Assembly: GCA_965203275.1 (NCBI GenBank) | Contig: OZ241865.1 | Span: 384,001-448,000, forward strand | From: Bdellovibrionales bacterium | GTDB lineage: Bacteria > Bdellovibrionota > Bdellovibrionia > Bdellovibrionales > JAUICD01 | Reading direction: 5' to 3' | Length of the DNA stretch: 64,000 nt | Shown here: one piece after another, positions 61,009 through 64,000 of the stretch | Layout: each line of letters starts with the position of its first letter | Numbering within the stretch: position 1 is the stretch's first letter | The notes under the pieces: generated by a model | Databases searched by the model: none | What the model saw: only the letters and a program-made list of their open reading frames with translations | What the model was told of the DNA's origin: nothing | Program-made: the position numbers and the translations under genes

Positions 61009-64000
61009 TTATTTGAATTCTATCTCATATTTTAAATCTATTCCAAAGATGCTTTCACGTTCTACGTTATTATCTACAGGATAATCTGCTTGTGTGCGAT
61101 CCAATAGGTGTCGTTTTCTGTTCTCCCATATACCTACAAGTGAAAAGTTATCATCTAATTGATATTCTACCTTGACATCAGAGGTAGGAACTTCTCTGAC
61201 AGTATCTAAATCATCAGGATTGGCAGCTGAACCTAAATGTCGACTCACACTTGTACTTAATCTTTGTCCCCATTGTTTTTTAAAAGTTACTTTTGGTATA
61301 TCTTCAAAATCCTCTGACTCTTCACTACTGGATGAAAAGTTCATTTCAACGCCAGCAGTTTCTTTGAGAGCCTTTCCCACTCCTGTCAAGCGTCCTGCAT
61401 AATTGCCTGCATAGTTGACTGTCTGTTGCCTCATTCTCTCCCCTGATGAAATGCGTCCTTCGTCTTCTTCTGTAGTGGTAAAGCCCAAAGCAATTAAACT
61501 AATAATATCTCTTTCAGGCAAAGAGGGATTGCTCTCAAATGTAATATTATGATCCTCACTTGTCCCTTGTATGGATATATTAATATCATATTGTTTGACT
61601 TGGGCATTAGCAACTAAGGAGACCACAGGATTGACTTCTTGTTGTTCAGGAGGAAAACGCAAACTAGCTGATATAATATTAAAAGGTGTATCTCTAAATT
61701 TGAGAATACTATCTCGTTTAAAATGAATTGTTCCATCAAAATAAGGGTTGTCAAGAGGTCCAAGGAGCTTCAAGTCACCAAAAAATTCCCCTTCTACAAG
61801 GGAGTTAGCAATGGTTGCATCAGATTGAAAAAATGCATGCATATCCCATATAAATGCAGAGTTTTTCTTTTTAAATAAGGACTTTGGTAGGAGATAGGCA
61901 TAACGTTGTAGAGAGGTATCAGGGATATCATCTTCAAATTCTTTTTCAACTCTAGCTTGATTGACATGATAAGTGCCTTTTAAAAGAAATGGGAACCAAG
62001 ATCCGGACACTTCTATTTGAGCGTCCCCTTGTGTTGTTATACCTTCAGGAACATGCAATGTGATATTGTTAGCTGTGGCTAAAATTTTTGTAGGTAGATT
62101 ACGCCAACCTTCCACAGCAATTTGGCCATTGGCATGGAACTGCCCCGTTGTCAATTGACCACTTAAATCTGTGAGAATAATATTTTCTTCAGAAAATAAA
62201 ACCTCCATTTTTAAATTGTTGAGTGTATGAGGTATATTTTTAAGTCTAGCATCTCCATCATTGATATAAGCACTACCTATGAGTTGCAATTGATCCATTG
62301 AACCTCTAATATCACACCTTAGTTCTAATAACCCCCTTAAGTCTTCCAAAAATGGAGTTAAAAAAGCTATCATATATGTATCAATTTTTCCGTTGAGAGA
62401 TAAGTTCAAATTATCTTTTTGAGAATTTTCAGCATGGACTCGAAAGTGTGTATTATTTCCAGTCAAAAGAAAGTCTTTGATACTCATCTTACCATATTCA
62501 AATGCAATAGATGTGGGTTGCTTTAAATAAAGATCATTTTTCCCTCTTTGCAATATAACTTTGTCTAGCTGAATATTCCCATGAGCCATCCAAATCCAAT
62601 CAGAATTTGAAGAAATATCTACTTGACCTGATACAGATGTTTCGTATTCCTGCACCAAAGCTTCTTGATTGATGAGAGCAAAAGCTGGAGCAAAGTCCCA
62701 CTCATTCATCTTCATTTTAATAAAAAAAGGTGCCTGAGCATGCCAAGGAATTAATGTCTCTAAGTTTAAAGTTTGATTTTCTAAATGGCCATTTATATGA
62801 ACCCCTCGAGAAGAAAGAGTTATATTATAATAAGGTGTGGCAACAGGAAGTTCTGAAATATGAAAGCCCTCTATATGTCCTGAAATTTTCATTTCTGGTT
62901 TTAAAACATGGCCTTGTAAAGATATATTAAAGTTATTTTGACCAAAAACATCTAACCCATAGTCTTGTAAGGTTTCACTGTTTTCTAAATAAAGATTAGT
63001 TCCTTTGATCTGTACATCAATTTGTCCATCAGGATGCCCCACTCCTGATAGAATAGCAATTTTCCCAAGACTTTTGTGTATTTCTACTTGCTGGCTTTCT
63101 ACTTCACCTTTTTGGGCCTCTACGTGAAAGATGATTTGGTCAAAAGATTCTTGAGCTATAGCTCCTTGCTCTGTAGTGATATTTAAGTTATAGCTTAATT
63201 GATGAAATTGAAAAGGACCCCATACTTTAAGGTAGGCTTTTCCCTCAGCATAAACAGGGAGAGGGAAAAGATATTTTCTTTGCATAATATTTCTAAGGTC
63301 AGCTAATTGTATTTTTTCAGAAGTGACTTCTGCTTCTAAAGTAGAAGATCTCAAATCAATATTCAAATCTCCTTTATACTGGCTGTCTTCAAAATGCCCC
63401 TGGATATTTTGAAAAGAAAGCTGGCCTTTTTGATATTGCATCGTAGATGTGAAATTTCCAATACCATAGTCTTCAAACCAAATATTTTGAGCTTTAAGAT
63501 CCATAAATACAGTAGCATATTGAGAATTTCCTTGTGTTAAACCTGTGATAGCTGTTTGTCCTTCTATTTTAAGATCGGCTAAAGATTTTATATCTTTGAA
63601 GTTCAATTTTCGTGTTCCAAAACTAAAGCGAAAGCCTGACTTATAATTGACATGGCCAGAGACAGCTCCTATGGTTTGACCAATATCAAGACCTGCATTG
63701 ATAATGACTTCACGGCTATTGATGGTCACATTGCCTGTAGCTATTCCTTCTTTAAAAGCTGCAATGCTTTTTTGATTGCTACTATGTACTAAAAAGTCAC
63801 TTAAGTTTAAATGACTACCAATACATTGTATTTTAAAAGGAGACTTGAACTGGCCCTTGCAAGGCAGACGGCCTTGAGCATTTAACTGCAAGGGAGGAGG
63901 CCCTATATGAAAGTCTGTCAAAAGCTGTTTTAATTCTAAAGATTTGATTTGAATTTCTGTCTGCAATGAAAGCAAATCATCAAATTGCAAAATTGTATTG
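61009..64000 (-). CDS. tamB: Translocation/assembly module TamB (AsmA-like), 5'-truncated by the window
   Basis: Long beta-rich protein with F.SNPSLPERDIISLIALG and terminal DLKYEIEFK; upstream of the Omp85 gene. Confidence 0.82.
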   Translation of the reverse strand, partial: NTILQFDDLLSLQTEIQIKSLELKQLLTDFHIGPPPLQLNAQGRLPCKGQFKSPFKIQCIGSHLNLSDFLVHSSNQKSIAAFKEGIATGNVTINSREVIINAGLDIGQTIGAVSGHVNYKSGFRFSFGTRKLNFKDIKSLADLKIEGQTAITGLTQGNSQYATVFMDLKAQNIWFEDYGIGNFTSTMQYQKGQLSFQNIQGHFEDSQYKGDLNIDLRSSTLEAEVTSEKIQLADLRNIMQRKYLFPLPVYAEGKAYLKVWGPFQFHQLSYNLNITTEQGAIAQESFDQIIFHVEAQKGEVESQQVEIHKSLGKIAILSGVGHPDGQIDVQIKGTNLYLENSETLQDYGLDVFGQNNFNISLQGHVLKPEMKISGHIEGFHISELPVATPYYNITLSSRGVHINGHLENQTLNLETLIPWHAQAPFFIKMKMNEWDFAPAFALINQEALVQEYETSVSGQVDISSNSDWIWMAHGNIQLDKVILQRGKNDLYLKQPTSIAFEYGKMSIKDFLLTGNNTHFRVHAENSQKDNLNLSLNGKIDTYMIAFLTPFLEDLRGLLELRCDIRGSMDQLQLIGSAYINDGDARLKNIPHTLNNLKMEVLFSEENIILTDLSGQLTTGQFHANGQIAVEGWRNLPTKILATANNITLHVPEGITTQGDAQIEVSGSWFPFLLKGTYHVNQARVEKEFEDDIPDTSLQRYAYLLPKSLFKKKNSAFIWDMHAFFQSDATIANSLVEGEFFGDLKLLGPLDNPYFDGTIHFKRDSILKFRDTPFNIISASLRFPPEQQEVNPVVSLVANAQVKQYDINISIQGTSEDHNITFESNPSLPERDIISLIALGFTTTEEDEGRISSGERMRQQTVNYAGNYAGRLTGVGKALKETAGVEMNFSSSSEESEDFEDIPKVTFKKQWGQRLSTSVSRHLGSAANPDDLDTVREVPTSDVKVEYQLDDNFSLVGIWENRKRHLLDRTQADYPVDNNVERESIFGIDLKYEIEFK

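Overview
AT-rich bacterial chromosome segment. The gene content suggests Bdellovibrionota, possibly host-associated; this is an inference from an FQNC-type lipoprotein, an RCC1-repeat lipoprotein, a Tad pilus cluster and a PhaR-type regulator. Housekeeping genes include tatB/tatC, topA, an S41 protease, ftsL, a type II glutamine synthetase, fabI, comF, lolA, grxC, purM, sufS, secA, an Omp85/TamB pair and tRNA-Arg(CCT). These are interspersed with large secreted repeat proteins, Bdr-like coiled-coil paralogues and one complete IS256 element with an 8-bp target duplication. The most striking unexplained feature is a family of eight intergenic mosaic arrays, about 5.4 kb in total by my estimate. 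They are built from a ~145-bp multi-branched hairpin unit (about 18 near-complete copies plus fragments). The four helices of this unit change sequence from copy to copy but keep their base pairing. The arrays also contain a recurrent TTAAC-N5-GTTARGGAAA junction palindrome, a second long hairpin module and a GATC-rich heptamer module. No cognate enzyme is visible in the window.
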